Shown piece by piece: positions 1 to 10,510 of a DNA stretch of 64,000 nt. The notes under the pieces were generated by a model. That model saw only the letters and a list, made by a program, of their open reading frames with translations, was not told where the DNA came from and searched no databases. Source of the DNA: a virus. Where the stretch lies: positions 1-64,000 of the IMG/VR virus record IMGVR_UViG_3300036857_000203; one strand, written 5' to 3'. The translations under genes were made by a program, and so were the position numbers. Position 1 is the first letter of the stretch. Every line of letters starts with the position of its first letter.

Positions 1-3000
1 GCCAAGCCATTCGCTCTGGTAACGCCTTCGGCGGTGACCGCGCTGGCATCGCCGAAGGCATCCTCTCCGGGCAGCAGCAGCTGGCGCAGGCACCCGTCAT
101 CGCCGGCCTGAGACAAGCCGGCTATACCCAGGCGCTAGACGAGTACAACCGGCTCAAACAGTTCGGCCTGCAGGGTGCAGGCGCGGCGCTGGGCTGGGGC
201 GGACTTCAACAGCAGCAACAGCAGCGTGAGTTCGACGTCGCGCAGCAGAACGCGATGATGTCGTCGGCATATCCGTTCCAGACTTTGAACTGGTACGGCT
301 CGATCCTGGGCGGCATAGCGCCATTGCTGGGCACGACTGCTTCCGGTGCCAACAACCCGCCCGAGCAAAGTGGGCTGGGTGGCGCTCTGGGCGTTGGCTC
401 GGCGGCGGTGGGTCTGGGCAGTGCTGCGCTTGGTGCCTTCGGTGGCGGTGGTGGCAGTGCTCCCGGTGTTGGTCCTGGCGGCAAGCGCGGCGGCATCGTC
501 GGGCATGGTGGTATCGGGAGCTACGCACGCGGCGGCGGCATTGTCGATCTTGAACCGGGCGAGTGGCGCTATGCCGAGGGTGGCTCGGTCTGGGGTGACA
601 GCGACGACGAGGACCGACCCAGCGAGAGCAAGGCCGAGAGCTACAGCAGAGAGCCAGAACCTTTCCGCCCGCCAGAGACGACGTCGACCACAGCTGGCGG
701 CAGCTGGGGGCGCAATGTCGGTCAGCTCAAGACCTCGGCGCGGCAGCTGCCGCAGCCGGTGTTCCCGAGCGCGGGCGGCGGTGGCGGCGGGCAGCAGAAG
801 AGCGAGGCCGAGCAGTGGCTCAACCTCGGCAAGGGGGCGCTCGATCTCGGCATCAAGGCAGCGCCGTATCTGGCGATGTTGTCCGATCCCAAGACCAAGA
901 CCGATGTCCAACGTGTGGGCAGGACCGACGACGGCGAGCCGCTCTATGGGTTCCGGTATCGTGGCGATCCGAAGAGCTATCCCAAGGTGGTCGGGCCGAT
1001 GGCTCGGCCAATGGCCTGGGGTGGATACATTCCGCGCTTTGCCGACGGCGGTCCCACCGACGAGGACGACCAGCTCACGCTCACCGACCTGGGCGTGCTG
1101 TCTCCTGGTGGGAGAGAACTCCCACCCTCGATTGCTGGCCCGGTGCGCGGCTCGCCCGGCGGATTGCCGGTATCGGCCGAGGACATGCCCAACCTCGCGC
1201 GGGTGCGGGAGCGGTTTAGACCGGTTCTAGAGAATGATCCCAAGCTGGCGCGGCAGTTCGACGTCAACACCACGGCCGAGGTGGGTACGGACCCTGGGGC
1301 GCGGCGCTTCTATCAGGCGCTCACGCTCGACCGCGCTGCAGCGCGCGGCGAGAGTCTCCCGTATACGCTGAGCCGGGGGCCTGGGACGCCAGACCGGTTC
1401 TATCCCGCCTCGACCATGGCGGCGACCCGGCCGTCAGGCATGGGGCCAGCTCCCTCGCTGTGGATGGGCGCCAACCCAGCGAATTACGGCACCGGCAATG
1501 CCAGCTACGACCCACGCACTGGTCGCCATGTGGGGTTCGCGGGAGGTCCTCAGACGGGCTCCATACAGACCGGCAGCGGGATAGAGCGAGCCGGCGTCGA
1601 AGGGCCTGATCTGCCGGCGGTGCGGCGCTGGGGCTACGCGGGGCCGACGAGGACCGCCATTGGTCCCAGTGGTCCGCAGGGCACGGGTGTCATCTCGGCG
1701 AAGATGATCGACCGGGGCGAGCAGCTTGAGACCGGTCCTAGCGCAGCAACTGGTCCTGGCGGCACCCGCAGCAGTGGCGAGCGTACCGGCAGCATGCAGC
1801 CTTCCCTGCGCGCGGGCGAGACGAAGGATTACCCCAGCCTCGCCAAGCCGGCGCCGACGTTCGCGCAGCGGCTGGCGACCAATCCGTTCTGGCAGTTCGG
1901 CACCGCACTCATGGCAAAGCCGGGGATCAAGGGCCGCGAGCTGTCGGCCATTGGTGGCGCTGCTCAGTTCATGAGTGAGCAGCAGATTAAAGAGCGCAAC
2001 CGGGTGCTCGACGAGAAGCCGCAGATGATCAAGCAGGACGACGGCTCGATTGGTTTCCTGAGCAGCGATGGCAAGTTCACCCAGATGTTCGGGCCGAGTG
2101 CATCTGAGCAGCGCGAGGCGCAGAAGCACGCCCGCGACATGAGCCTGCCGAAGGAGGTCACCACCGAAAGAGAGGGGCGGTTCGGCAGCACTCAGACCAT
2201 CAAGACGCCGTATGTCTGGGATGAGCGGCAACAGAAGATGGTTCCGATGAACCCGGCGGCGACGCCGCAGCCAGAGACCCCGCAGGTCGCACCACCGGCA
2301 GCGCCTCCGCAGCCACCTGCAGCGACCCCTCCGCAGCAGCCGGCGCCAGATCAGCCGGCGCCACCGACCTCGCAGCGTCCGGTACGCCAGACCCAGGCAG
2401 CGGAGCCCACCGACTGGATGGAGATCGGTGCCAACACCGGCACGTTCTACAGCGCCTCGACGCAGCAATATAAGCAGCCCGATGGTTCCATCGTCCCTGC
2501 GCTCGATAAGGGCGTGCGGCCCACGATACCGTCGCAGACGCCCGCCGCTTCTGGGCCGGCGGTTGCGGCTGAAGGACCGGGCCTGCAGAACACCCAGCGC
2601 GCTTGGACGAGCGGCGAGGTCGCGCCGGCTGGTAGCATCACTGATCCAGCGGCGCTGGCTGTGCGCCGCAACGAGGCTGCACTGGCGGGGCTGTCGCCAG
2701 AAGATCAGCAGACGATCAAGAATATCGTCGACTACAAGGCCGATCCCAACAAGCTGTTCGTCGGCAGGACGGCCAACCTGCGCGATCCTGCGATGCGCAA
2801 GGCGCTGGAATACGATCCCACTTACAATCCTCAGTTATTGGCGCAGCGGCAGAAGGCTGCAGTCGCCTTCGGCGTCAATGGCGTAGAGGCGCGCAACATC
2901 CAGTCGCACGACACCGCTATCCAGCATCTGGGTCGCGCCATGACCAACATCGAGCGGCTCAACAACTATGACTATCAGTGGGTCAACCAAGCCAGGGACT

Positions 3001-3512
3001 GGGCGCAGAAGAAGATTCCCGGCATGCGTGATCCCGCACTGCAGCAGGCCATTGGCGCGCTGGACTTCGACTACCATGCCGTGGCGAGCGAGCTGATGCG
3101 TGCCTTCCGGGGCACCGGCTCGGCAAGCGAGCGCGAGGCACATCGCATCGCCGAGAAGCTCAACGTCTATGCGCCGTTGGATGTGCAGCGCGAGACCATC
3201 AGGGAGGCCACCGAGCTGCTCTACGGTCGTGTCGAGGCCTCGGCCAAGACCTACAACAGCGCGGTTGGCCCGGGCTACGAGCGCTCGCCGGAGTCCTGGC
3301 TGAGTGGCAAGAGCCGCGAGACGCTGGGCCGCGCGATCAGCATCGATCCTAACAAGCCGATCCCGGCGGCACCCACATCTGGTGCTACGCCGCAGCAACC
3401 GCAGGGGCCGGGCGCTCTGTCTGCCGAGGATCAGAAGGCGGTCGATTGGGCGCGGCGCAATTCTGATAATCCCAAGGCGAAAGAGATACTGCAGCTGCAC
3501 GGGTTACAGTGA
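1..3512 (+). CDS. Internal virion/DNA-ejection polyprotein (5'-truncated) with a truncated S74-type autocleavage motif and a putative cell-wall hydrolase-like domain
   Basis: Frame is open from position 3 (..GNAFGGDRAGIAEG.., Q-rich), so it extends upstream of the 255 start in the ORF track. Contains SDPKTKTDVQRVG..LYGFRYRGD..VGPMA (S74-like) and several (F/Y/M)AxGG motifs. Confidence 0.7.
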   Translation, partial: QAIRSGNAFGGDRAGIAEGILSGQQQLAQAPVIAGLRQAGYTQALDEYNRLKQFGLQGAGAALGWGGLQQQQQQREFDVAQQNAMMSSAYPFQTLNWYGSILGGIAPLLGTTASGANNPPEQSGLGGALGVGSAAVGLGSAALGAFGGGGGSAPGVGPGGKRGGIVGHGGIGSYARGGGIVDLEPGEWRYAEGGSVWGDSDDEDRPSESKAESYSREPEPFRPPETTSTTAGGSWGRNVGQLKTSARQLPQPVFPSAGGGGGGQQKSEAEQWLNLGKGALDLGIKAAPYLAMLSDPKTKTDVQRVGRTDDGEPLYGFRYRGDPKSYPKVVGPMARPMAWGGYIPRFADGGPTDEDDQLTLTDLGVLSPGGRELPPSIAGPVRGSPGGLPVSAEDMPNLARVRERFRPVLENDPKLARQFDVNTTAEVGTDPGARRFYQALTLDRAAARGESLPYTLSRGPGTPDRFYPASTMAATRPSGMGPAPSLWMGANPANYGTGNASYDPRTGRHVGFAGGPQTGSIQTGSGIERAGVEGPDLPAVRRWGYAGPTRTAIGPSGPQGTGVISAKMIDRGEQLETGPSAATGPGGTRSSGERTGSMQPSLRAGETKDYPSLAKPAPTFAQRLATNPFWQFGTALMAKPGIKGRELSAIGGAAQFMSEQQIKERNRVLDEKPQMIKQDDGSIGFLSSDGKFTQMFGPSASEQREAQKHARDMSLPKEVTTEREGRFGSTQTIKTPYVWDERQQKMVPMNPAATPQPETPQVAPPAAPPQPPAATPPQQPAPDQPAPPTSQRPVRQTQAAEPTDWMEIGANTGTFYSASTQQYKQPDGSIVPALDKGVRPTIPSQTPAASGPAVAAEGPGLQNTQRAWTSGEVAPAGSITDPAALAVRRNEAALAGLSPEDQQTIKNIVDYKADPNKLFVGRTANLRDPAMRKALEYDPTYNPQLLAQRQKAAVAFGVNGVEARNIQSHDTAIQHLGRAMTNIERLNNYDYQWVNQARDWAQKKIPGMRDPALQQAIGALDFDYHAVASELMRAFRGTGSASEREAHRIAEKLNVYAPLDVQRETIREATELLYGRVEASAKTYNSAVGPGYERSPESWLSGKSRETLGRAISIDPNKPIPAAPTSGATPQQPQGPGALSAEDQKAVDWARRNSDNPKAKEILQLHGLQ

Positions 3513-6500
3513 TGGCCGACGACTTCGACCCAGATGCCTATCTGGCGGGGAAGCGTTCAGCGCCGGCTGAACCAGAGTTTGACCCGGATGCTTACCTGCG
3601 CAGCAAGGCGCCACCTGAACGCGGCGTGCTGCACCGTGCCGTTGCGGCTCCGTGGGAGAGTATCAAGGAGAGCGGGCGGGCAATCGCCGCTCCTTTCATC
3701 CCGCCGAAGACCAAGAAGGAAGCGGAGGAGAGGGGAGGTGTCCTCTCCAGTGCAGGCGAGGTCGGCGGTGCCATCCTCAGCGCGGCCGGTGCAATCCCAG
3801 GCGCCATCCTTTCGCCGGCACAGTCGCTGGTCTCATCCGGCTTGGCGGCGATTACACCCGGCGAGAAGACCTCCGAGCAGAAGTACGAGGAGTGGATGCC
3901 CAAGGTGGGCACCGCCTTCATGGGGCTGGGACGAGCGCCGGGCGTCGCGGGCGCTGGCAAGTTCCCGATGCCGGACCCGATCCTGGCACGCACGAAGAAG
4001 GTCCCAGCCCAGGGCAAAGAAGCCGAGGCTGGGCGCTTCCTGGAGTCGCAGGCGACCGACCCAGCCAAGCTGCGGGCCGACCTTGCTGCGGCCGACCAGG
4101 AGATCGTGCCGGGCTCCCAGCCCACCACGCACCAGCTGACCGGACAGCTCGGGCAGCAAGAGCGGGTTGCCGCGCGCACCGATCCCGAGATGGTGGAGGC
4201 GTTCAAGCAGCGGCAGGCGGCACAGAACCGCGCCCGCCAGCAGGCGTTTGAGGGCGCCGAAGGGACAGGGTCGCCGGCCGAGGTCTCGCAGCACCTGCGC
4301 AACGAACTCAACGCGACGAACGCTGCCAACGAGGCTGCCGTCAGGACTGCTGAGCAGCGGGCTTTCGAAGCCCAGCAGCGGCTGGGCGCCGAGTACGACC
4401 CCACTGTCATGGGCGAGCGCATGCGCCGCGAGATCGAGATCGCGGAGACGGCGGCGCGCGAGCGCGAGCGTGGACTCTGGCGGGCGGTCGATCCCGAAGG
4501 CACGCTGGTTGCTGATCCCGCCGGCATCCAAGCGGTCGAACGGGGCATCTATAGCCCCGCAAGGATGACACCCACGGCACGGGCTGGGGTCTCCCAGGGC
4601 GAGGCAGAGATCAGCAACCTGATACAGAACTACGGGCGCTACATCCCGTTCCAGGAACTCACCGACTTGCGCTCTCTGGTCTCGACGCGCATGCGGGAAG
4701 AGCGCATGGCGCGCGGCGCCAACTCGCCATCGTTCGTGCGCCTCGTGCGGATGCGCCAGGGCATCGAGGATGCGTTGGTGTCGAGCGTGTCTGATGTGCA
4801 GCCCACAGGCGTGGCGCGCGGAGCCGGCGCCATCGGCGCCCAGGAGCGGGTGCAGGCGGCAAGCGCGGCCACCCGGCAGCGCGCCGAGCAGTTCAATCCT
4901 TTGCGCAACATCACGCGCAGCGAGGCTGGCGAGGCCTACAAGCTGGGACCGTCCTCGGTCCCGGGCAAGATCGTGCTGCCGGGAGCCAAGGGCTACGACA
5001 GCGTGTCGAACTATCTGCGCGCTGTCGGTAACGACGCCGGCATGTCCACGGTGCAGGATGCACTGCTTGGTCGTCTGCGTGCCGAGGTGTTTGACCGCGC
5101 CGGCACGTCACAGCAGGCGCAGAACAGGCTCGAAGGCTTCTTCCGCCGTTACGGGGATACGCTACGTGCCATCGATGAGCGTGACGGCGGGGCGTTCTCG
5201 CAGCGGCTGCGCTCGGCTGGTGGTGCCCAGGGCGCCGTCGAGGCCGCACAGCTGCGGCAGCGGACAGCAGAAGCCGCGCAGGCTACTGATCAGTTCAGGA
5301 AGTTGGCGGGCCTCACCGAGGAGGCCGACATTGCCAAGACCATCGGCAACATCTTCGGCAAGCAGGACTCCGTGCAGCGTGCCGCCGACCTGATGCGCCG
5401 GCTCGTCGGCAACCCGGCGGCAGAAGAGGGCGCTCGCCGCGCCGTTATCCAGCACATGCGCAATGTCCTGACCGGTGACGTGCTGGTGGGCGACACTCCC
5501 AACGTGCGGGCGCAGGCGTTCCAGAAGTACGTGCGGCTCAACAAGCCTGCGCTGCAACAGATACTGCGGCCCGAGCAGATCGAGACGCTGGAGCTGATCG
5601 CGCGCGACCTCCTGCGCGAGACCCGCACCAACCAGACCAAGGCTGTGGGCGGTGGCTCCGACACCTATCAGATGTTCAAGGCTGGCGAGCAGAAGCAGGG
5701 GGCGATCAGGAGTATTGCTAAGCGGCTCACCAGCCCGCTGGTGGGCAAGGTCATCACGCACTGGCTCGCCGGCACCTTCGGTGGCCCGGCTGCGTCAGTG
5801 GCGCTGGCGGTGGGTGAGGGCGGGCTTGAGGCCGGGCGAGCGGCGCGTGCCGGGCGCCGGGCGCAGGAGGCCATCGACATCCAGCGCATGATCGATGAGG
5901 CCATGCTCGACCCTGCCAAGGCGAAGCAGTACCTCGGCAAGACCCACACCTACAAAGCAAGGACCCCAGGTGCAAAGACCATCCTCGGATATGAAGCAGG
6001 CGCGGCCGAGAAACAACGACAGTCGATCCCACGCCAATCGGGCGGTGGTGTTCCTGCGATTGGCGGCACAGGAGGGCGATCCCCGGGAGCGAGAGAGATT
6101 GCTCGCGCTCGCCAAGCACGCCAAGGGGCAAGCCAAGCTCTACGCGATGGTGGAGAGGCGGGGCAGCAAGAAGCCGATCAAGGCTCGCGTGAGAAGCTAG
6201 CCACAGCACTGACCAGTGCCGGGCCGTTCGGCGGCTCGCCTGCCGGTGGCGGCGAGATGACGGGGGGTATGTTCAAGACCAAGGGCAAGATGGGCGAGCC
6301 GTTGACGCGCCAGAAGGTGGTCGACACTCTGCGCCAACACGGCATCACCGATCCCGAGGTGCTCAAGGGCTGGACCGAAGGCTGGGCCCATACCGCTGAG
6401 TCGCGTGCTGCGGGTGGGGGCGTCGATGAAGAGGGTGAGAGCCTCACGCAGCCGCTGTTCACCGACAAGGACCCCGACGACGATCCGGTCGACTACGCGA

Positions 6501-9500
6501 GGCGGATGCGGGGCTGGGCTGCCGGGCGCCGCGATCCGGGAGAGTACAAGCCCAACCTCATGCGACCGGAGATGCGGCCCGAGGAGGTTGAGCAATACGA
6601 GGGCTGGCGTGGCCCGACCGGCCGGCGCTTCCTGCAGGGGGGTGGGGGTGTGGACCCGACGCCGCCGCCGGTTCCCGACCCGCCGCCAACACCGGAGCCG
6701 ACGACCGACGCAATCGCTGGCTCGGACCTGATCCATCCATCCCTGCCGTTCTCGGACCAGGATCAGCAGCGCAAGCAAAGGGGTCTCGGCCTGATCCCAG
6801 GCATGTTTGCGGAAGGCGGTGGAGTGGACGATGACAAGCTCCCGCTTCCCGGCCAGAGCATCGGCCTGGGCAAGGAGCCGCGCGTGCCGCTGCCCACCAA
6901 CAAGGCCGGCGAGACCCTGCCCGAGTACATCGTCAAGGCCTGGGGGCGCGGCGCCCGTGACTGGGCGACGACGCCGGGCCGCGCCTACCGCGAGGGTCTT
7001 ACCCCCGAGGAGGAGACGAACTGGGGCGCCGGCACTGCCATGGGCATGATGGGGACCGGCACACCGTTCGCTGGTCCGGGTCTCGGTATCTTCGGTGGGC
7101 GCGGCGCGCACACGGCGAACCTCAAGATGCTGGAGAAGGCTGAGCAGATGCGTGCCAAAGGCGCCAGCCCGGAGGAGATATGGAACCAGACCGGCTGGTA
7201 TCGCGGCGCCGAGGGCAAGCCCCGCTTTGAGATATCAGATGCAGAAGCGCGGTTGGCGGAGCTTGATCCCGACCAGCTCAAGCGCGCCCGCGCGAGCGGC
7301 ACGGCACATCGGTTCAGCCCGGTTCTTAGCGACGTGCTGGAGCACCCCGAGCTGTATCGGGCCTATCCCGAGATGAAGGGGGTCACCGGAGAGGTGGTGA
7401 CCGATCCTCTCGGGCCTAGATACGGTGGTTTCTTTCAGCAACCCCAGCCGACTCTTGTGGGCGTGGACCCGCCCTACATCAGCGTGACCGGCCAGACCAG
7501 CGACCTCGCGCTCGAAGCGCTGCTGCACGAGGCGCAACACGGCGTGCAGAACCTGGAGCGCTTCACGCCCGGATCAAGCCCGGCCCTGGCCGCCAAGGTT
7601 GTCGGACGGGGGCGTCTTGGCCAGATGGCGGAGGTGCTGGCGCAGGATAAAGGGCTGGATTACCGGATGCTCTCGCCCAAGCAGAAGCAACAGTTTCGCG
7701 ACGAGGCCGGCGTCACGTCCTACGAGCTGATGGCCGGCGAGGTCGAGCCGCGCAACGTCCAGCTCCGTTGGAGGAAGGGCATCTCCCAGCTGCCGCCCTG
7801 GGAGACGGAGAACCCGGGGCGGCCATACCAGCTCGTCCCCTCGGGCCAGAAGCGCAAGCCCTTCGTCAAGCCGGTTCCCTACCAGGAGGGCGGCGCGGTC
7901 GAGGAGGAGAAGCCGCCCGAGATGCCTCCCGCCGTCATGGACAGCTGGGGTGATCCGTTCGAGCACGCTGCTCAGCGACAGGCGCGGGCGGTGCGGCCAA
8001 GGTCAGTCACCCAGGAGGGACGTAAGGAGGGCTTGGCGACCCGCGCCATCGAGAGCATGGCCCCTGATCCGACCTCGCCGCTGGACATCGGCATGACCGT
8101 GGCGGGCGGCCCCTTCGGCCGCGCTGCCAAGGTTGGCGCGGTCAGCCTGGGCATGTTGCTCGAAGGTCTGTCCCCAGCAGAGGCCGGCAGGGTCAAGACA
8201 CTGGTTGAGCTGGGCGTCGATCCGGCCGTCATCCGGCGCATCCTGAAGGGAACCAAGGAGCAAGGTGGCGGCACCTTCCCATTGCATGGCCCATCGCCAA
8301 CCGAAGGCCTGATGATGGGCAAGTACAGCAACGTCGACCCTCGCAGCCTCAGACTGCCGCCTGGGGAAGAGCTGTCCCGCAAGAACCTGGATGAGTTCAT
8401 CCGGCGTAACTACAAGACGCTGGAGGACAAGGATCGCTTCATTGGAACATGGCGCGATCCTGATACGGGCAAGACCTACGCGGAGGTATCGCAGCGCTTC
8501 CCGGCCGAGGATGTTCGACAGGCGGTGAAGTTCGGCGAGCGCACCGGACAGATCGCCGGCTACAACCTTGGCAAGGGCGAATCATTCCCGGTTGGTAACT
8601 GGCAGGAGTTCATCCGCTCGCCTGAGTTCCGCAAGCGCATGGCCGAGATGGAAGAGGTCGGTCATGAGTATCTCAAGGGCCAGAAGTACCCGGACTGGTG
8701 GACGAACGTACCGTTCGCGCGGGTGTACGGCGAGCGGCGTCTGCCCCAGGTCGCCGGCTACACCGCATCGACCGCGCCAAACGCGGCGCCACGCGAGAAC
8801 CTGCAGACCATGTCGGAGTACATGCGCCGCTCGATCAGGGGCGAGCCGATCGTCCAGCCCAGCTGGCGGATACCGGAAGGCACCATGAGCCGTCAGGCTG
8901 GCTCCGAGATCGGCATGGAGCAAAGCCGCATCCCCAACCTATTGAAGTCCGAGCGTGGCGCGCTGGGTGAGTTGCAGCGCAACAAGGTGCGCGAGGAGGC
9001 TGCAGCCTTCATGGGTGACCCCGGCGCCGTGGTGCTCGACCGGCATCAGATCAGGCTGTCGGAAGCCCCCGAGCGCAACATCTTCGCTGGTGTTGGAGAG
9101 GGCACGATCGGATCACGGCCGCTCGCTGGTGGGCAGCTCAATGATTACGAGAAGCTCAAGCGTGAGTTCACAGAGCACGGTGCCCGAACCGGGCGCGATC
9201 CACGCAGTCAAAGCGCTGATATCTGGACCGGTATCCGAGACACTATCCAGAGAACCGACGAGCTGTATGGCACGCCGTACCGAGGCTCGGCTATCCCCGG
9301 CGAGAGCAAGTCTTATGCTGATCACTTCGAGGACTTGCTGGAGGACAAGGCCAAGCACCTCAACATCAGCAAGGCGAAGATGGAGAGCGAGCTGAACAAG
9401 GGCAACGAGAACCTGCTCAGCTGGCTTCTGGTGACGACCCCGGCGCTTTACGCGGCTTATCGGCAGATGCAGGCACCTCGCGAAAGCGGAGCGCCATCCA

Positions 9501-9535
9501 GCGGAGGAATCCCGCGTGGCGGCGGCGAGCTATGA
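3509..9535 (+). CDS. 2008-aa large polyvalent/internal virion protein with an LPD23-like HExxH metallopeptidase, a SAM-lyase-like domain and a HhH glycosylase-like C-terminal domain
   Basis: IWNQTGWYRGAEGKPRFEISD..LEHPELYRAYP..LLHEAQHGVQ..GEVEPRNVQLR; IGTWRDPDTGKTYAEVS..GQIAGYNL; VVLDRHQIR..QSADIW. Domains are separated by xxxGGxV motifs. Confidence 0.7.
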   Translation: MMADDFDPDAYLAGKRSAPAEPEFDPDAYLRSKAPPERGVLHRAVAAPWESIKESGRAIAAPFIPPKTKKEAEERGGVLSSAGEVGGAILSAAGAIPGAILSPAQSLVSSGLAAITPGEKTSEQKYEEWMPKVGTAFMGLGRAPGVAGAGKFPMPDPILARTKKVPAQGKEAEAGRFLESQATDPAKLRADLAAADQEIVPGSQPTTHQLTGQLGQQERVAARTDPEMVEAFKQRQAAQNRARQQAFEGAEGTGSPAEVSQHLRNELNATNAANEAAVRTAEQRAFEAQQRLGAEYDPTVMGERMRREIEIAETAARERERGLWRAVDPEGTLVADPAGIQAVERGIYSPARMTPTARAGVSQGEAEISNLIQNYGRYIPFQELTDLRSLVSTRMREERMARGANSPSFVRLVRMRQGIEDALVSSVSDVQPTGVARGAGAIGAQERVQAASAATRQRAEQFNPLRNITRSEAGEAYKLGPSSVPGKIVLPGAKGYDSVSNYLRAVGNDAGMSTVQDALLGRLRAEVFDRAGTSQQAQNRLEGFFRRYGDTLRAIDERDGGAFSQRLRSAGGAQGAVEAAQLRQRTAEAAQATDQFRKLAGLTEEADIAKTIGNIFGKQDSVQRAADLMRRLVGNPAAEEGARRAVIQHMRNVLTGDVLVGDTPNVRAQAFQKYVRLNKPALQQILRPEQIETLELIARDLLRETRTNQTKAVGGGSDTYQMFKAGEQKQGAIRSIAKRLTSPLVGKVITHWLAGTFGGPAASVALAVGEGGLEAGRAARAGRRAQEAIDIQRMIDEAMLDPAKAKQYLGKTHTYKARTPGAKTILGYEAGAAEKQRQSIPRQSGGGVPAIGGTGGRSPGAREIARARQARQGASQALRDGGEAGQQEADQGSREKLATALTSAGPFGGSPAGGGEMTGGMFKTKGKMGEPLTRQKVVDTLRQHGITDPEVLKGWTEGWAHTAESRAAGGGVDEEGESLTQPLFTDKDPDDDPVDYARRMRGWAAGRRDPGEYKPNLMRPEMRPEEVEQYEGWRGPTGRRFLQGGGGVDPTPPPVPDPPPTPEPTTDAIAGSDLIHPSLPFSDQDQQRKQRGLGLIPGMFAEGGGVDDDKLPLPGQSIGLGKEPRVPLPTNKAGETLPEYIVKAWGRGARDWATTPGRAYREGLTPEEETNWGAGTAMGMMGTGTPFAGPGLGIFGGRGAHTANLKMLEKAEQMRAKGASPEEIWNQTGWYRGAEGKPRFEISDAEARLAELDPDQLKRARASGTAHRFSPVLSDVLEHPELYRAYPEMKGVTGEVVTDPLGPRYGGFFQQPQPTLVGVDPPYISVTGQTSDLALEALLHEAQHGVQNLERFTPGSSPALAAKVVGRGRLGQMAEVLAQDKGLDYRMLSPKQKQQFRDEAGVTSYELMAGEVEPRNVQLRWRKGISQLPPWETENPGRPYQLVPSGQKRKPFVKPVPYQEGGAVEEEKPPEMPPAVMDSWGDPFEHAAQRQARAVRPRSVTQEGRKEGLATRAIESMAPDPTSPLDIGMTVAGGPFGRAAKVGAVSLGMLLEGLSPAEAGRVKTLVELGVDPAVIRRILKGTKEQGGGTFPLHGPSPTEGLMMGKYSNVDPRSLRLPPGEELSRKNLDEFIRRNYKTLEDKDRFIGTWRDPDTGKTYAEVSQRFPAEDVRQAVKFGERTGQIAGYNLGKGESFPVGNWQEFIRSPEFRKRMAEMEEVGHEYLKGQKYPDWWTNVPFARVYGERRLPQVAGYTASTAPNAAPRENLQTMSEYMRRSIRGEPIVQPSWRIPEGTMSRQAGSEIGMEQSRIPNLLKSERGALGELQRNKVREEAAAFMGDPGAVVLDRHQIRLSEAPERNIFAGVGEGTIGSRPLAGGQLNDYEKLKREFTEHGARTGRDPRSQSADIWTGIRDTIQRTDELYGTPYRGSAIPGESKSYADHFEDLLEDKAKHLNISKAKMESELNKGNENLLSWLLVTTPALYAAYRQMQAPRESGAPSSGGIPRGGGEL

Positions 9536-9644
9536 ACAGCTCGCGCTGTCGCTCGAAGCGTTCGCGCTGGAGCAGTTCAGCCCAGGCCTGATTGTATTGT
9601 TGCTTCGTCCAGCGTCGCATGCGTTACAGGTATAGCTCGGCAGC

Positions 9645-10052
9645 ATGAAAGTCAATCGCGCAGCGTTCCTCTACCTGGACCCGGTGCGGCCGGCGGCGAA
9701 CTTCGCCCAGTGCGTGCGCTGCCGCGACTGGGTGCGCGGCGATCGCAAGTGCGTGATCCATGGCCCAACGGTCAACGTGCCCGGCACCGCCTCGTGCGGC
9801 TTCTTCGTTGACGGACCCACGCAGCCACCAGGGACTAAGACCCACGCCTGGGTGACGCCCGAGGAGTCGGGTCTCGTGAACCGCGATGTGCGCTGCGAGA
9901 ACTGCAAGTATTACGAGAACGAGGACAATGAGAGTGAGTGCGGGCTCTTCCGCATGTTGAACGGCTGGCACCACGACATGTTTGAACTGGATGAGAAGGT
10001 GGACAAGCACGGCTGCTGCAACGCTCAAACACCGGGAGGCGACCATGGTTGA
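9645..10052 (+). CDS. Cys-rich hypothetical protein with two CxxC modules
   Basis: AQCVRC..C..CGFF and RCENCKYY..C..GCCNA. Confidence 0.65.
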   Translation: MKVNRAAFLYLDPVRPAANFAQCVRCRDWVRGDRKCVIHGPTVNVPGTASCGFFVDGPTQPPGTKTHAWVTPEESGLVNRDVRCENCKYYENEDNESECGLFRMLNGWHHDMFELDEKVDKHGCCNAQTPGGDHG

Positions 10053-10248
10053 GCGGGTGATCTACGCGCTGATCTACATCTGCGGGATCGCGCTCTGCTA
10101 CTTTCTTATTGTCTGGGTACTTGGGGCTATAGGCCTGCACCTGCCGGCGATGGTGTTGAACATCCTCATGGTGGTGCTGGTGCTGGTCGCGATCCTGATC
10201 CTGTGGCGGTTGTTCGCGGGCGCCGGCATCCCATGGTGGCCGCGCTGA
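10045..10248 (+). CDS. Small two-TM membrane protein (holin candidate)
   Basis: MVERVIYALIYICG.. with two hydrophobic helices, GGAGG RBS, upstream of the endolysin. Confidence 0.55.
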   Translation: MVERVIYALIYICGIALCYFLIVWVLGAIGLHLPAMVLNILMVVLVLVAILILWRLFAGAGIPWWPR

Positions 10249-10510
10249 TGCGTGACCGTGGCCATAACGATCTGCCGTGGGCGATGGTCATTCTAGTGAC
10301 GACAGTCATCTTGACGTTGTTCGTAATCTGGTTGTTCTCTCACTAGCGTACGGTCAGGGTGAGAGCGCGCCGGCCGCACGCCGGCACTGCGGCAGGAGGA
10401 TTACGGACACTCTCTGCTACGACAGTCTGTTTACCGCACCGGGGCCCGGCGGCCTCGAACCACGCCGGGTCCTGCGTGGTACCATAACGACCTGATTCGG
10501 AGGTCGTTTC

